This document shows, piece by piece, positions 1 through 14,070 of a stretch of DNA of 64,000 nucleotides. The position numbers were made by a program, and so were the translations under genes. The DNA lies in NCBI GenBank assembly GCA_040954595.2, contig CM082577.2:5506301-5570300 (forward strand), read 5' to 3'. The notes beneath the pieces are model-generated. The model was not told the origin of the DNA, did no database searches, and saw only the letters and a list, made by a program, of their open reading frames with translations. Source of the DNA: Balanoglossus misakiensis. Taxonomy: Eukaryota; Animalia; Hemichordata. Numbering within the stretch: position 1 is the first letter of the stretch; every line of letters starts with the position of its first letter.

Positions 1-2676
1 CGGTCACTTTGCACACTGCGTTAAAGGGAAACTTCAGCTTGTCGTCGTACACACCCTTTTTCAAGATCACAAACAGAGAGGTGTAAGTCTCCTCCCTTCC
101 GTTGTATGCGTTGAACTCAATCTGTATACGCAGTTTGTATCCCGGGCAACCAGTGTAGAAAGACGGGCTGGTGAGACGACAGCGTCCATCTTTGTCGGCC
201 AAGTTGATTTTCCACAGCAGCTTCCCGTTGAAACTGGTATTTTCGAGGACACTGATTTTTTCGGCTTGCAGACTAATCAGTGAATCTCTGTCTTTGAGTT
301 GTCTGCAAAAAATAACATTAAAGGTATTGCATTGAATTTGCATGAACAGTTACAATTATTTTTGTAAAATAACTGTTTTGTATGTCAAGGCCATATCGTC
401 TTATGTGTACTTACTGCGTTAACATTTTGTGTTCTGTCGACAAGATCTGATATTTGTCTCTGGTCTCCCTGATTTCGGACTCTGCCGTTTTCAGTTGCAT
501 CTGTTGTTGGATGACGATGGAGGACAGTAACGACAGGTGATGGCTGGCGGCTTCTTGACAGTGCATATTCATCTCACATCTCTTCACCTGACAAAAAAAT
601 AATTCTTTCGATGTCACAGTTTTATACGAACAACAAAATCTTGCAAAGTTATAGTGTGTTAAATTAAATTACAGCTGTCATCCATAAAGCAATGTTGAGA
701 AAATAATCACATTTGTGTGCCCTGGTACATGTACATGTGTATGCACTTTCATCTTATTACTGAACAATATATAAAATGCACTCTTTCTGCTGATTATCAA
801 ATTTCATACGAATGTACTAATACAAGGGTGCTAATTGATATACACAATACCTGCAACTGACATCCAATGTGTTGAAATGAACAGGGAATCACAGTGCGTG
901 GGCAGTCTCCGTCAATTACGTCAACATGTTTTGCTATCTGTGAATGCATAAACAAGAGCGCATAAATTGAAGCAGTAGAAGATATAAATGTGTATTGTCT
1001 TTCCTGTAATAAAAATCTGCATTTACTCTGATTTGGCTAGCGCCTGAATAGAAGGACAATATCAAATATCAAATTTCTACAAAACATTATAGACGTAATC
1101 TTTAAATTATAACAAATACCCAAATTAATATATAATGTAGACACTAAAAATACCACATCCAAATGAAAAATGCATTAAATGATTAATATCAGAGACTTAC
1201 ATCCTCTCTGAGAACTCCCTGTTGTCCACACTGTGCACAACTAACAGGAAACTTTGGACAAACCAGTAATTCATGCCTCTGGCGAACATGGAAAAACAAA
1301 AGAAGCAATTAACGAAATCATAGAGGGCCAGGCATACAACAGAAATCAATCAGGTAGCAACAAATTAATTAATAGTGCAATGGTCTGTAGTCTGCATTTG
1401 TTTGAAGTGGCAATATTGTCACCTGATTACTTTGAGACCCAACTTCAAACAATTAGGCAGATCAACGTTGGTGAAACAAAACACGTCTCATCATTAGCTG
1501 TATTGTGCATCTACCATGGATATTGAAAACTATACTCACAGTCAGATCGCTGCATATCATTTTGTCAGTGCAATATTTGCAATTCACAAGTCGCCTTGGA
1601 CATTCCCTCAGATGGTGCTCTCTCTCTCTCCTCAGGAACCTCTCTCCACAGATGTTTGGACAGCTTAACAGCTCATACGGGCAGACAGGGCTATGTTCCT
1701 GCATTTCAAACAATAATGTCAAATTCACGAAGACTTTGAGTCAACATATATTCTCTTTAGTAATCTGGGATGTTGACAAATGTTTTTTTTTAAGAAAATA
1801 AAGTTTATTGATCAATGAAAAAAGTGCTCCACCATAAATGAACATATGCAAATAGGAGGTGATTGTATCCCTTTAATTCTCATATAAAAGCAGAGTTTTA
1901 GATGGAGATTTGAAAAGCTACATACTTGAAGTTCTCTAAGCTCTCCTTTCCAGTTGCATCCATTGGATTGATAATTGCACAACACTAGTAGGGATAACAC
2001 TTCTCTCATCATAGCAACATCATCAAACACCTGTCAATGAAACATGCATGCGATGATTTATGGAAAGTTCTTGTTGTCTAGAATGATCACTGTAATCATG
2101 AACATGTGCATACTGTACTTACATCAAGATTAGAATCAAACCAGGTGTTGTCCACTGGACATCGTACATATCTTCTGGTGCTGTCAAAATACAAGTAAGA
2201 CCCATTAGTATTAGCGCTTCTCCATAAGCAAATGGACATGGTGAATATAGTAACACAACTGTACTTTCTATAAAGATTGCTTGGACATGTCCAATAGCAA
2301 CAGGGTCAAATGAACACTGTACCATCTGAACAGCACAGTGTTGAATTTGCATAAAATAATGTTGTGAAAATCTTAGAAAAGGTTTAACCCTAGCTTCCAT
2401 AGTGATGAACAGGCTACTAAAGATACTACTTTTCTTGAAATTTGGTAAGATATTTTCTCTTACTCACCCACACACTGTATTGAGACATATCTTACAGAAT
2501 CGGTGTCCGCATTTAGTCTGGACGGGATCCCGCAATGCGACCAGACACACTGGACAGGTGTATTTCTTGTCTAGGTCAGGAACAAACAGTGCATCATGAC
2601 CTTGGAAATGTTGTTCTGACACTATATTCTGTTGCTGTTGGGTATTTCCATCTTGGTCTTGCATATTCGATGCCAT
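1..2676 (-). CDS. TNF receptor-associated factor, TRAF6-like (RING, TRAF zinc fingers, coiled coil, MATH domain); 3' end truncated by the window edge
   Basis: Phase-consistent GT-AG exons 2676-2468, 2180-2123, 2030-1926, 1698-1540, 1278-1201, 937-851, 587-415, 302-<1. RING: GHDALFVPDLDKKYTCPVCLVALRDPVQTKCGHRFCKICL...CPVDN. MATH start: FNGKLLWKI...SPSFYTGCPGYKL...GVYDDKLKFPF. Most like TRAF6 by recalled motifs; orthology not established. Confidence 0.9.
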
Positions 2677-4387
2677 GCTGTGCTGTGCTAATAAAAATTT
2701 CAAAGTTCGTGTTAGTTTTTTTGAGAGCAACGTTACTGTGTTGCCGCATGACAACTGACAGTTGAGAGTGGTCACAAAACAAAATCACCAACAACATGAT
2801 TGACATGGGAAATTTAAAATATCACTCATTGATCGATCTAGCTCCAATAATTGTTGTCTTGGCGGGCTGGGTAAGCTACTAAGCTTCAAGTGCTACTATT
2901 CGAGAGCGCCACCAACGATACAACACGCATCATGGGCTAAGGTTTTCGGCCATGGAAAAAGAAATCAATTCGATACCCAATCTGAATCATATGAAAGCTT
3001 ATCAAAGTATGAATTAGTAACTCCGTAACCAAAGTGGGACGTCTAAAATTTCAAACCCTTTCTTGGTGATGTATCCTCGTGGCCCTGTGATGTGTTGGCT
3101 ACGTGTGCGTTGCTTCCCAGTCTTCCCGTCAAGTTTGTGGAGAGTGTCACTCAAATATTTATGCGCATGACTGATCTGCATCATGGGTAAAATGAATTGA
3201 AAAAGTAGAGGATAGTTTCGTACGAGAACTTGGGCGCACTGCGAAAAGTTCAAACAACTTTACCTATCAAAAAATATTTCGGACTACTGAGGTCGTCTTA
3301 CGAAGTGGAATTTCTTGAAATTGAATGACTGGAACTCTGTGTTCGCGCACGTGACTACAAGCTTCGAGGAAGGTATTTGCATATACACAAAATTTTGGAA
3401 AAGTTTTGGATTACTGGATCCCTAGCAAACAGGGATTTCTGTATTTGGCATCATCCATACGTTTTTCAAACGTTTTCAAACGTATGTAATAAAAAAGATG
3501 GGGTGATCCAGTCAATCCGTGAAGAACTGGAGGTAATCTCGTTACAGTATTAAATTTTAAATTTCTTGGGGGAAATTGAGAGACAAAGTCGCATTCTTCT
3601 GATATGTGTGTTTTCTGTTTTTGCCCAAATGTGAGACATTTTTGTTGTATTACTTTCTGAGACATATCGAATAATTGCCTCTATTTATATACAACTGAGT
3701 CGTACTTTTGTGACATATGGTAGGATGCTCGGCCAGCAACAACTTTACTTTCTTCTCAAATTGCATATTATAGCCTAAAGTTGCATCGCTTCACTCGGTT
3801 GAAGCTGCTAGTCAGAATCGTGAATAGCCGGAGGATAAATAGTGAGAGGTTAGAGTAGACTGAGACTAAGCTATTATAATATGCCTACGACCTTGTAACC
3901 GAGCTATGTATGAATGAATGGAATGGAGAGAAAAAAAACACACAATCACGATGAGTCAGGTGTCTATGGCAGAAGTAGCAAGCAATGCATGTTTTGCAGT
4001 CTTCAAAGTATGTGCATTGTGTTCCCAAATAAAATATCGTATAGTTGCAGACCTTTGCTCTGGGGAAGTCCATTCACATTATTATGTAATAGATTTTGCA
4101 CGAGCAACGACGTCATCGCATCGTTTGTCAAATATTGATGTCTGGGAGTTGACATTCACACTCACAGAAATGTTTATGAATGATGCGATAGTGAGGAAGG
4201 GGTGTTTTCTGCATCATTTCTCATTCGTTTCTCTTCGGTCATTCGAAGTTTAATCACGCCGCAATATAGCAACAGGTGGGCAATTACAAGAGTGTTTTGA
4301 ATAACTGTCATAATGCTTTGTTTTCAATCCATTGCATCGGCATCGGATTGAGGGAATCCCTGGTACACGTGACCCCAGCCTTGTTGA

Positions 4388-4395
4388 TGACGTCA
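4388..4395. promoter_or_regulatory. Palindromic CRE (TGACGTCA) in the unkempt proximal promoter / TRAF-unk divergent interval
   Basis: Exact CRE 46 nt upstream of the first in-frame ATG (4441). An AP-1 site TGAGTCA lies at 3952-3958. Confidence 0.4.
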
Positions 4396-4440
4396 TGGGG
4401 TCCCGTCATTCACTGCGATTTTAATGGGCGTGCGCGCGCT

Positions 4441-7400
4441 ATGTTGTCTGTGAAAATGCCGTCGGAGCAGGCGAGAAACAACGCTTCGGTGTTGCCGACA
4501 CCGACAGAGAAGCCGTTTCACTATACGTAAGTATTCCCGTGATGATAACCCACCCCGGTAGGTAGTCTGATTGCCCTAAAACCTTCGATTTATCGGCGTT
4601 TCCTTCATCCAATGTTTTGTATCTTCGCAGGTATTTGAAAGAGTTTCGCACACAGCAGTGCCCGGATTTCCTACAGCACAAATGTCAGAATCATCGACCA
4701 TTCACTTGTTTTCACTGGCATTTTATGAATCAACGTCGTCGAAGACCAATCAGAAAAAGGGATGGAACGTTCAATTATAGTCCTGATATGTACTGTTCCA
4801 GATATGACGAAACTACTGGATTATGCCCGGACGGCGACGAGTGAGTTTTAACATTCGTGTTTACTATAATGTTTACATGCGTGTAGTCACATACTGCATG
4901 ATTGACAGAAGAATGGGTACGCAAGACCGTTACTGTACACCTGCTGAAATCATTAGCGTTTCTGACGCCGTTGCATCGTATATTAATGGCATTTGTAAAC
5001 TTGAGAAGAAATTTCAATGTCCACGACGAAAAAACGTCTGTTATATACATAAAAAATAACTTGTGAATTTCATCGTCCCAATGTTGTGGTTGGTCACGAT
5101 TTGGAATAACTACTAAGTCTAACAACATTCCCATAGATAGATGTAAGATTGTGCCGACTGTCAGACCAATATTATCATTGTAAATTTCGTGAGGTCCATA
5201 TCTGTCCGTTCACGGAGATCAATGCAATAAAGAAACTGCGACACATTTGTGGAAGCTTTGTGAATGAAATAGAACGCACTATCCAGGTTGATGTCATGTC
5301 ATGAATTGATTGATACAAACTTGACAGTCACCCGCACGATTCGTGCCCATTTGGTAAACTCAATATCATTCTAACAAAAGTTTAGGCTGCAGATTGATTA
5401 TTGTTATGTAGTTTCGTCTGTGAGGGTCAGTTATTTCTAATCGTTGGTATATTTGAAAGTCGAGCAACAAGCAGCAGAGCTTCGTGTCACCTGCTCTATC
5501 CGCAAAACAATCCTGGGAAACCCCCTTGAAATGATTGCACCAGTCGAGCAAACTACAAAGTGTTTCCCGCTTATTGTTTTCGCTTTTCTCCACCTGTGAT
5601 ATAATTGACATCCTGTCACTTATATTTGCATGTATGATCGCACGAAAGGGTAGTAAAGAGTGTGTAAAAAAACTTGCTAATTACAAGTTATTGTGTCAAG
5701 TCGAATCTCGCTGCTGATCCCGCGCACTGTTTGTACTGTCCCTAATTATTCAAGATGGCCGACTGTATTCAAATAAAATTGTTGATCTAACAAAAGGAAT
5801 GTCGCAATTTCTTGTCAAATTCGTATATTATAATATTTTCGAGTGTGTCATGATAGCTGACGCGAATGAATTTTGAGTTCAATCGACGATATCTTGGTCA
5901 ATAGTAGCCAAACTTGATGAAAGAACGAAACTTTCGACAATTTTCCGACTTCTGGCCTGTTGTGTGGCCTTTCCCATGGTCGCTCGTAACATTTGTATCA
6001 GAAGTTCCACATGTATACGGTTGTTTCCAGTTGACAAACAGTGAAATTTCCAAGGTGACTTCGTCACGCACCGCCCCGTGGCTATCGGATATGAATTAAA
6101 TTCGAGTTTATTTGACCATCTGCGCTTGATCTTGTGTTATCTTTTTGTGTTTATATATTTTGTTGGTTTACAACCGATAGTTGTGTTTCAATATGGCGCC
6201 TACTTGCAGTTCAGCGCAGCCATAATAAACGCGGTGTTATTGTGCTAGTCACGGGACTGAGTGCTAGCCGAGCCGTTGGTGGTTTCACCAGGAGAGCTTG
6301 CACACAACTGTCACTAGCCAGAACTATTTTTGTCGTTCGATTTTCAAAGTTTCATAATAATTAAAAACATACAATAATCACTAGTGAATGGAAAAGCATT
6401 GTAGCACATATGTACAGTTGTAAAAATAGGCAACCAATTAAAATGGGGTACTGCACAGTACTGTATATAGTATCCTGTAACCATGCAGGGTAATGTGTGA
6501 TTTCTCCAAACAAATGAAAATTTTAAACAATAACAAATTTTAATATTTAGAAGAGGAATAGGGAAGAATCAAGTGACTTGTGGCATTTCAAATTATACAC
6601 AAATATATACGATACCTGGCAATCCCTGTCAGGTGTAGTTATTTCTCTGCATCAAATTTTTCTTTGTGAAGTAATCTCACAAATTCTTGCTACTGACAGT
6701 TCTGTCACTGCAGAAGTCAACACCAGTAGCTGGGAAAACAATTTGTTTGGCCAAAATGTATCACTGGTGCTTAATTAAGAATGGTGACAGGATTCTGCAT
6801 AGTTGTGAAATAATGTCTGTTCATATCCAAAGATTGTGAGACAGGACAGCAGTCAATTGCTGTTGATTCAATCCGCAGTCCTTTCTGAACATTATGAATT
6901 ACTGAATGAGGTTGAAGTCTAGTTTCTGACATTTCGAATATATTCACCTACTTTCAGACGACTACCGTAATGATTGAATGTTACCAGTAACATAATGTAG
7001 AACTCAAGGTTTGTAAAAATACTGATGTTTATATCTCTTCAACAAGTTAGGGGATATGCCTGGGAATTCTGGGGTCCGGTTTGTTTACACTGGCAAAAGT
7101 AATCAGATCAGGAAATAGACACACAGCTGTCAAATATCCTGAACTTGAAAGATGCATCAAAATATGTCACTGTAGTGTAGCATTGGTGATTTTTGGAAAC
7201 TATGGGTGCGAACATTCTGAGATGTGCTCTAAACATGATGACCTTGAAAATCATGATGACTTTGATATTGATGGAAATCGGTGGCTTGTTTCAGATCTCT
7301 TTAATCCTTATGAACTACACATGGTTGAGTCAGTACATCCCTTTAAATGATGAATAGGTGACCTTGGACTTCCTCTTATTAACTGCAGTCTTCATAACTG

Positions 7401-10400
7401 AATTGATGTAGAGTATTATCATTTATGTAATTTCCAACGAAAACTGTCAAAAGATCACTTTCAAGTGTTCCTTACCAATTACGTGTAGCAAACATTGAAC
7501 AGTTAGAATTTAGTTTGTACAGTAGGATTGTGGTAATTTACAAGTTACTTCTGAATTCAATGTCTTATCCCCAAAGTTCTTTCCTCAACAGATCCTAACA
7601 TACATGTCAGCAGGGGGTGAATCACTTGATGATTTGTTGTGGTTTCACTTTGGGTAGAAGTCAATGATCGATAGATTTTGGGTAAAAATATGTAATGATT
7701 TGTTCTGTGTATAACCTAAGGCATATCCCAAAATTTTCTTTGTGTGTTCAGGTTTACTGGCATCTATGAGTTTATGTTCTGGAAGGAGACAGATAGGGCT
7801 TTTTGATATGGTAAAAATATCCAACTGTTTGTGTAATATCAAATTGTATTCTTGGCCGGTTGGGCACAGTCATAATACCCAAGTGTCTGGCAGTAAATCA
7901 TTATAGCACAATCATAATACCCAACAGGCATTGGTAGAATTTCTTCACTTGTAATACAAATCATTTGGTATTTAAAGCTGTACTCTATCAGTTTCCATCA
8001 CATATCACGCCGATACATTACAAACCACCAATGAAAAAACAGCGTGTAGCCTTGAATGGATGGGTTGATTAATGGCGACACTTTGATCTGAGGCACGCCA
8101 TACCATATATGGAGACTTGACAATACGGCTCACTGTAGGTCACTATCACTGGATGTAATCATGTCCCAGAGGAAAGAGAAAAAAAAACATCATCCACTAG
8201 AGTATTGCCATGTGTTTAAGGGAGCATCTCAAACTTTCATATAAAAAACAACAAAGAGAGAAATCTTGGGAAAGTGTTACAAACATGATTCATTACTGAC
8301 AGACGTAGCTACATGTGTATTTTTTGCCATCAATTTCTACAGTAAGAAGACGTAACTGTTCTTTGCATGTTTCACATTAAGCCCACACGAAAGCGAAAGT
8401 CTTGACTGGAAAATTTGTAGGTGGTCCCTGATTGTACTGTTTACAAGATAGGAAATTGGGTCATCTATTCATAGTCTGACTCATAACTGCAGACTGTACC
8501 AGTACGCTGTATAGCTCAAGAAATTCAAGCGTAGATTAGGGCAGTTTTAGTGACACTAGCTTTTTGGACAAGTGTGTACAATTGTGTTTTAGATAATTGT
8601 ATTGTTTGTGATACTATGAAGTGTCTCGTGGCGATGACAAGCTGCTTGTGTGTGTTTTGCAACACCCACAACTGTGTAACGGTCTAAATCCGAATCCCAG
8701 TTGATCGTAAAATAGGAACACGTAAATTTTTAAATATGCGTGTAACTTTCTATTTTGGAATGATTTGTACATGTCTCTCAGACAGTTGCTTAAAATCCCC
8801 TGGTGATGTTTGCCTCTTCTTGTTTATATTCTGGTGATTGGGAGACTAAATAAAATTTACATCGTTAATCTTGAGATTGTGAAATAGGGGGATTTTTGCT
8901 CTATCAAATTTTAGAAATTCAAAACATTGGAGTGCAAACGTACTTCCAGGGTTACTTGCCTCCTATATATAACCAGTGTTATCGAATTTCGGTTGAAATT
9001 TCCGAAAAGTTCCTTTATTTGGGTACAGCACTTCACAAATATAGATCACACAAACCGTGTTATTTGCACGTGTATATTTGAAATGTTTAGCAATAAATTT
9101 ACCAGAAGATGCCGCATACGTATACTTCACGGCTGGTCCTAACGAAATGTTTCTTTGTCTTCAGCTGTTTATACTTGCATCGCCCCGCTGGGGACGTGGA
9201 GAGGCGATACCACTTGCGCTACTACAAGACCGGCATATGTGTGCACGAAACGGACTCTAGAGGGCACTGTGTCAAGAATGGTCCCCACTGTGCGTTTGCC
9301 CACGGACCGCACGATTTGAGGCCCCCGGTGTACGACATAAGAGAGCTTTTGGCAATACAAGAAAGTGGATCACAACCTGCTACGGATAATAATAATGTTA
9401 ACGTACCTCCACCCACCACCCCGGTGGAGAAAGAGAAAAATGCGGTCAACGATGTTGATCAGAAGTGGCAAGGTATAAACTCTGAGACATCTTGTATTAT
9501 AAACTTCACACCACATCCAACATAGTAACTAGGATGGTCATCACATGAATTATTTCCTGTGGCTTTTTTTCTGCAGTAGCTCTTGCTTTGCTGTCGAGAT
9601 TATTCGTCAAATAAGTGTGACTCTTCCAAAACATTGTTATGCTCATGACAATCCGACATCTAATTCACCAAGTTTCCTGTACTCTCTTGAATTGCAGATA
9701 CTAGTTACGTTTTGGCAAATTATAAAACAGAGCCCTGCAAAAGGCCACCTAGACTGTGCAGGCAAGGTTATGCCTGTCCTCAGTATCACAATACTAGAGA
9801 TAGGCGACGGAGTCCAAGGAAATATAAATACAGGTAATAAAATCAAACTTTTTGTTACATTGTACAAGTTCTTGCATCTTCGTGATTCTGAACATACCAT
9901 CCAGTATAAGCATAGACGTGCATTATCAATCGTAACATACTTTGATTACCGGTTATCTGTTGTTCTGCATCAGGTCAACTCCATGCCCCAATGTGAAACA
10001 AGGTGACGAGTGGGGTGAAACCACCAACTGTGAACAAGGTGAAATGTGTTTATACTGTCACACGAGAACTGAGCAACAGTTTCACCCCGAGATTTATAAG
10101 TCAACAAAATGCAACGACATGCAACAGACTGGTTACTGCCCAAGAGGACCGTTTTGTGCATTTGCACATGTAGAACGTGAGTACTGACTCTTTCTAAAAT
10201 ATATTCTAATGCCGTCATGCTGATGAACAGTTGTTCTAATCAGAAGACTGTTTGACGAAGGTTATGACTACTGTCCCTTTAAGTATCTCCCTCTACCATG
10301 CGTATAATTACACAAATGAAAATACAGAATTCCGCTTTTTTTTTTAATTTACAGAGGAAATGATGACAATAAAAGAATATTCTGAAGAATCAATGATGTC

Positions 10401-13400
10401 TGGTGTTGTGTCTCCAACCACTACAGTTATTCCGTTCACAGTACCCATGGGACAACAGGTAAGAAAACAGCTTGTGTTCTCTGTTGCTGTTTTGCTGTGT
10501 TCAATCACGATTATGACCCATTGGTCGCTGTTTGTAACTGTAGCTCTGCACATACCAGAAACTCGATTGGAATCAGACAAACCACTCCAAATATATCTGG
10601 CTTCACGTACGCTGTGCATGCAGGATTGTCCTGAACATTGTCCCAATGTCGACTTCTTTTGTTTGATTGTAGATGACTGCAGCCACTCTAGCCACTATAG
10701 CCGGAACATCTAGTGAAAACCCGGCCATGGTTACATACAGCTCTGTGCCAGGGCCGATAGCAAAACCACGTTCTAATAGTACTTCTAGTAACTTCTCTTC
10801 AGAAAGTGCATCGTATATGAAGGCACCTGGGTCTGAAAGGGAAGACACTGTTGTAAGTATAGAATGGTCTTCATGACCTGTGATGTGGTGTGGTGTACTC
10901 TATTCTTTAAAAAAAAAAAAATAGTTGTGTGTATGGAGCTGGTTATGCCGATAATTGTATTCCCATGCACCAACAATTAGCTGTAGGGTTAGGGATTTTG
11001 CAAGGAGGTGTATGTTGATGTATGTTTGATAATTCCAATGTTCCATGTTCATTGTATCTGCTGCTTCATTTTGTGTCTGTGAATATAAAAATACTCTACC
11101 AATGAGTATGTAGGTAACTCTCTCTTTATTCTCTTTTTATCTTTTCCAGCAAGCAAATCTTCGTAAACATTTATTAATTATTGAAAATGACCCTTGTATA
11201 GACGAACAAGAAAAAGCTAGACGAAAACAGGTGAGGAAGATCTGAAATGCTGGTCACCAGCTCAATACTTGTATGTGGCAAAGTTTTACCATCACAAGAA
11301 CTCAAAATGTTTCCTTCTCTGATCGTTCATTTTTCCCGTAGCAGTAATTAGCAAATTTCTCCCAGACTTGGCTGCAGAACAAGAGGCATTTTTTTTTCAT
11401 GCATAACATTTACTTGGTGTTTCAGAATTTATTAATGTCACAGTGTATAAGTAGTGGAAGTCCAATGACATCAAGTATAGCTTCCACACCGCCAACACCA
11501 TCGTCATTATCCCAAGTTTCACCAATGGCACCTCCATTCTATCCAGCCAGTGACACTGTGGAGTCCGTAGTTGGTAAGTAAATCATCTTATTACACACCT
11601 ATTGTCTATTGGACAAATGAATGTATTCTTGTACTAGTTTGACCAGTAGCAGAGCACCTAACTGTGACCAAACTCTAGATATTTATTTTTTTTTATTTTT
11701 CTGTCTTTACAGGAAATGCGTTAGATGATTTAAATTTAGATGATTTTGATGTGCACGTGTTAGACAAAGAATTAGATAATGACACAGCGTCTATAGGAAG
11801 TTCGGGTGCTGGAATGAGTGGTTCGAGCTCAGGTTTAGGTAAGTAGCGCATTTCTCTCAGCCCTTGAACACCATCCCTGTCAGCATGTAAGTTGCACCCA
11901 ACAAAAACAAATCCCCTATTTGTCCTGGTTGGGTGTACAAGTGTTTGTGTTTGAGTACGTTCAGCTATACCAGAAGGAAACTATTCTAGCGCCTATCTTT
12001 TGGCATGGATTTTTGTTGCAAGTTGATGCCCTTGTTTGTATTTGTGAAATTGCGATGTTTGTATTCATTGTGAAGTGTATTTTAGAAGTGCTTCTGTCTG
12101 AATTGATAAACTTTGTCTTTATAAGGAAAACATCTGATTTGTGTTTGTGACTCCAGGTCTCCTTGGTTCATCGGCACCAGTCAATATACCCGGCACAACC
12201 CATAGCGGTAGTGGTAGCAGTAACATCAATAGCCAACAAGTTGCCCACTCTGGCAGCACGGGGTCCTCGCCCCTATCTCAGCTGCCTCCTGCATTTGTAC
12301 CACAGCATCTACAGAAACAGCAACAGCAACAACACCAGTTAGAACAGGTTAGTGTGCCTACCCCCAAGAGCTTACTGTAGTGTATTACAGTATTACCACA
12401 CGTGACACACGAAATAGCCGTACAGAACTGTACAACTTAAAAGTCCTCTACAGTATTGCATTTATAAAATAGCCTCAGCGTTCACCCACTTTGCAGCCTG
12501 AATTATAACAACAGTTGGGTTGCTACAGGACTGGGAAACACATCCTTGTGATAGGATATAGTAAGGTGTTTTTGAGTCCGAGAAATTATTCTTGGTGTGA
12601 GTGCATTTGGGTCTTAATGTATTAATTCGCCAGATCTGACACTCAAAATCAAGTATTCTAAGCTTTGGTACTGTGAAACATGTCCATTAGTGTGTGGTGA
12701 CACGGGTTACACTTGTACTCGGAAATGATGAGATGACCAGTCCAGCTTGTACTTCATCAAAGGTGTTTTCACACATTGTTTCACCTAGGCACAAGCCGCC
12801 TTCATGAGTCAGCCCAATCCAGCACCATCCGCCATGAATCAACTAGGCCTCGGCGGCATACTAGACCCGATGGGGAACCCTGGGTCTCCCAGCGCTCGTC
12901 CGAGTATACCACAGTCGCCGAGGGCGGTCAACGCTCATGAAGTGCAAAGGATGCACGAAGAAAGTCTAGTTCTTAATAGAGGGAAAAGTCAAAACTGGGA
13001 AGAATCATGGAATCAAGGCAAAGCGGGGAGCTTGGAGGTAGGGTTGACTTGTCGCGATGGTGGAAAAATTTGTTTTTGTCTCGGAGTTTTAAGAAGTTGT
13101 ATTTCATGTGCGTCGCTACAACTGAGATTGATCGGGGGACCAAAGGTAACATAACTGAAATATGGGTAGGTTTATTCTTGAATGAAATATAAGCACGCTG
13201 ATTATAAGCTGAGTGTTCTCTGGGCGGCTGTCACATTCTGTATTTTTTTTCACATTTGCAGGGAAGTGATTATTGGAAGAAAGAAATAACAGAGTCTAGT
13301 GATACAGAAAAACATGAGAAAGAAGAGGTATGGATGTTTTATCAGTTACTTCAACATTTGTAAATACATATATGACCACTAACTGACCCAACAAGGTACT

Positions 13401-14070
13401 GGCCTTTCCTTGGCCCACGATTTGACAAACTTCAAGAATCTATGAGCTTGCTTTTACATGTCAATGAATTTCAATGGAGTAAAAATCAAACTTTAACACG
13501 AGAATGCTAACAAAACTGTTTTTTTTTTTCTGTTGACAGGCTGTAAGTCACATGGCATATGGACAAGAGCCCCAACAGAATGTTAGCCACGCGTCTCATT
13601 TACATGTATTACAGACCGTACCCAATCTACATAATTTACCACTATCACAACTAAAACAGTTACAAGCCCAGCTTAGGACTGACTTAGCCAGAATTGATAG
13701 GGTAAGCTTCTTTCTCACAAGTGTGTATTTTTTTTTCGCATATCACCGTATGACATTGAAAAATAAAATAAAAAATTGCTTTCATACTGTGACTGCCATT
13801 TTGGATTTTGCACAGCGTGTTAGGATTGTAAATTGGTACGAATATCTCATCCTTGAGATTCTAACGTCTGTTTTCTTCTGTTCTTTTCACCAGGTTGTAT
13901 ACATGCAGGAGACGTTTAGATGTTTAGTATGTGCCGAGAGGTACCGGAGTATATCAGTATTGCCTTGTCAGCACTATGTCTTATGTGATCGGTGCGCCGT
14001 GAATTGTAGGAAATGTCCGTACTGTCAAACTCAGATTACCCAACAGACTCAAGTACTCTTACCTCTTTGA
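4441..14070 (+). CDS. unk: Unkempt RNA-binding protein (tandem CCCH zinc fingers, disordered region, coiled coil, C-terminal RING)
   Basis: Exons 4441(or 4456)-4526, 4631-4840, 9165-9472, 9698-9833, 9974-10176, 10355-10458, 10673-10852, 11150-11230, 11426-11573, 11713-11838, 12157-12347, 12789-13037, 13262-13327, 13540-13701, 13894-14070, all GT-AG. Hallmarks: YLKEFRTQQC, HRPFTCFHWHF, YHLRYYKTG, CHTRTEQQFHPEIYKSTKCND, RING CLVC...PCQH..LCDRC....KCPYC. Confidence 0.96.

Noticed and set aside
7347-7401. Possible C/D snoRNA (ATGATGA...CTGA) in unkempt intron 2
   Set aside because: Only 55 nt, weak terminal stem, no recognisable rRNA or snRNA guide.
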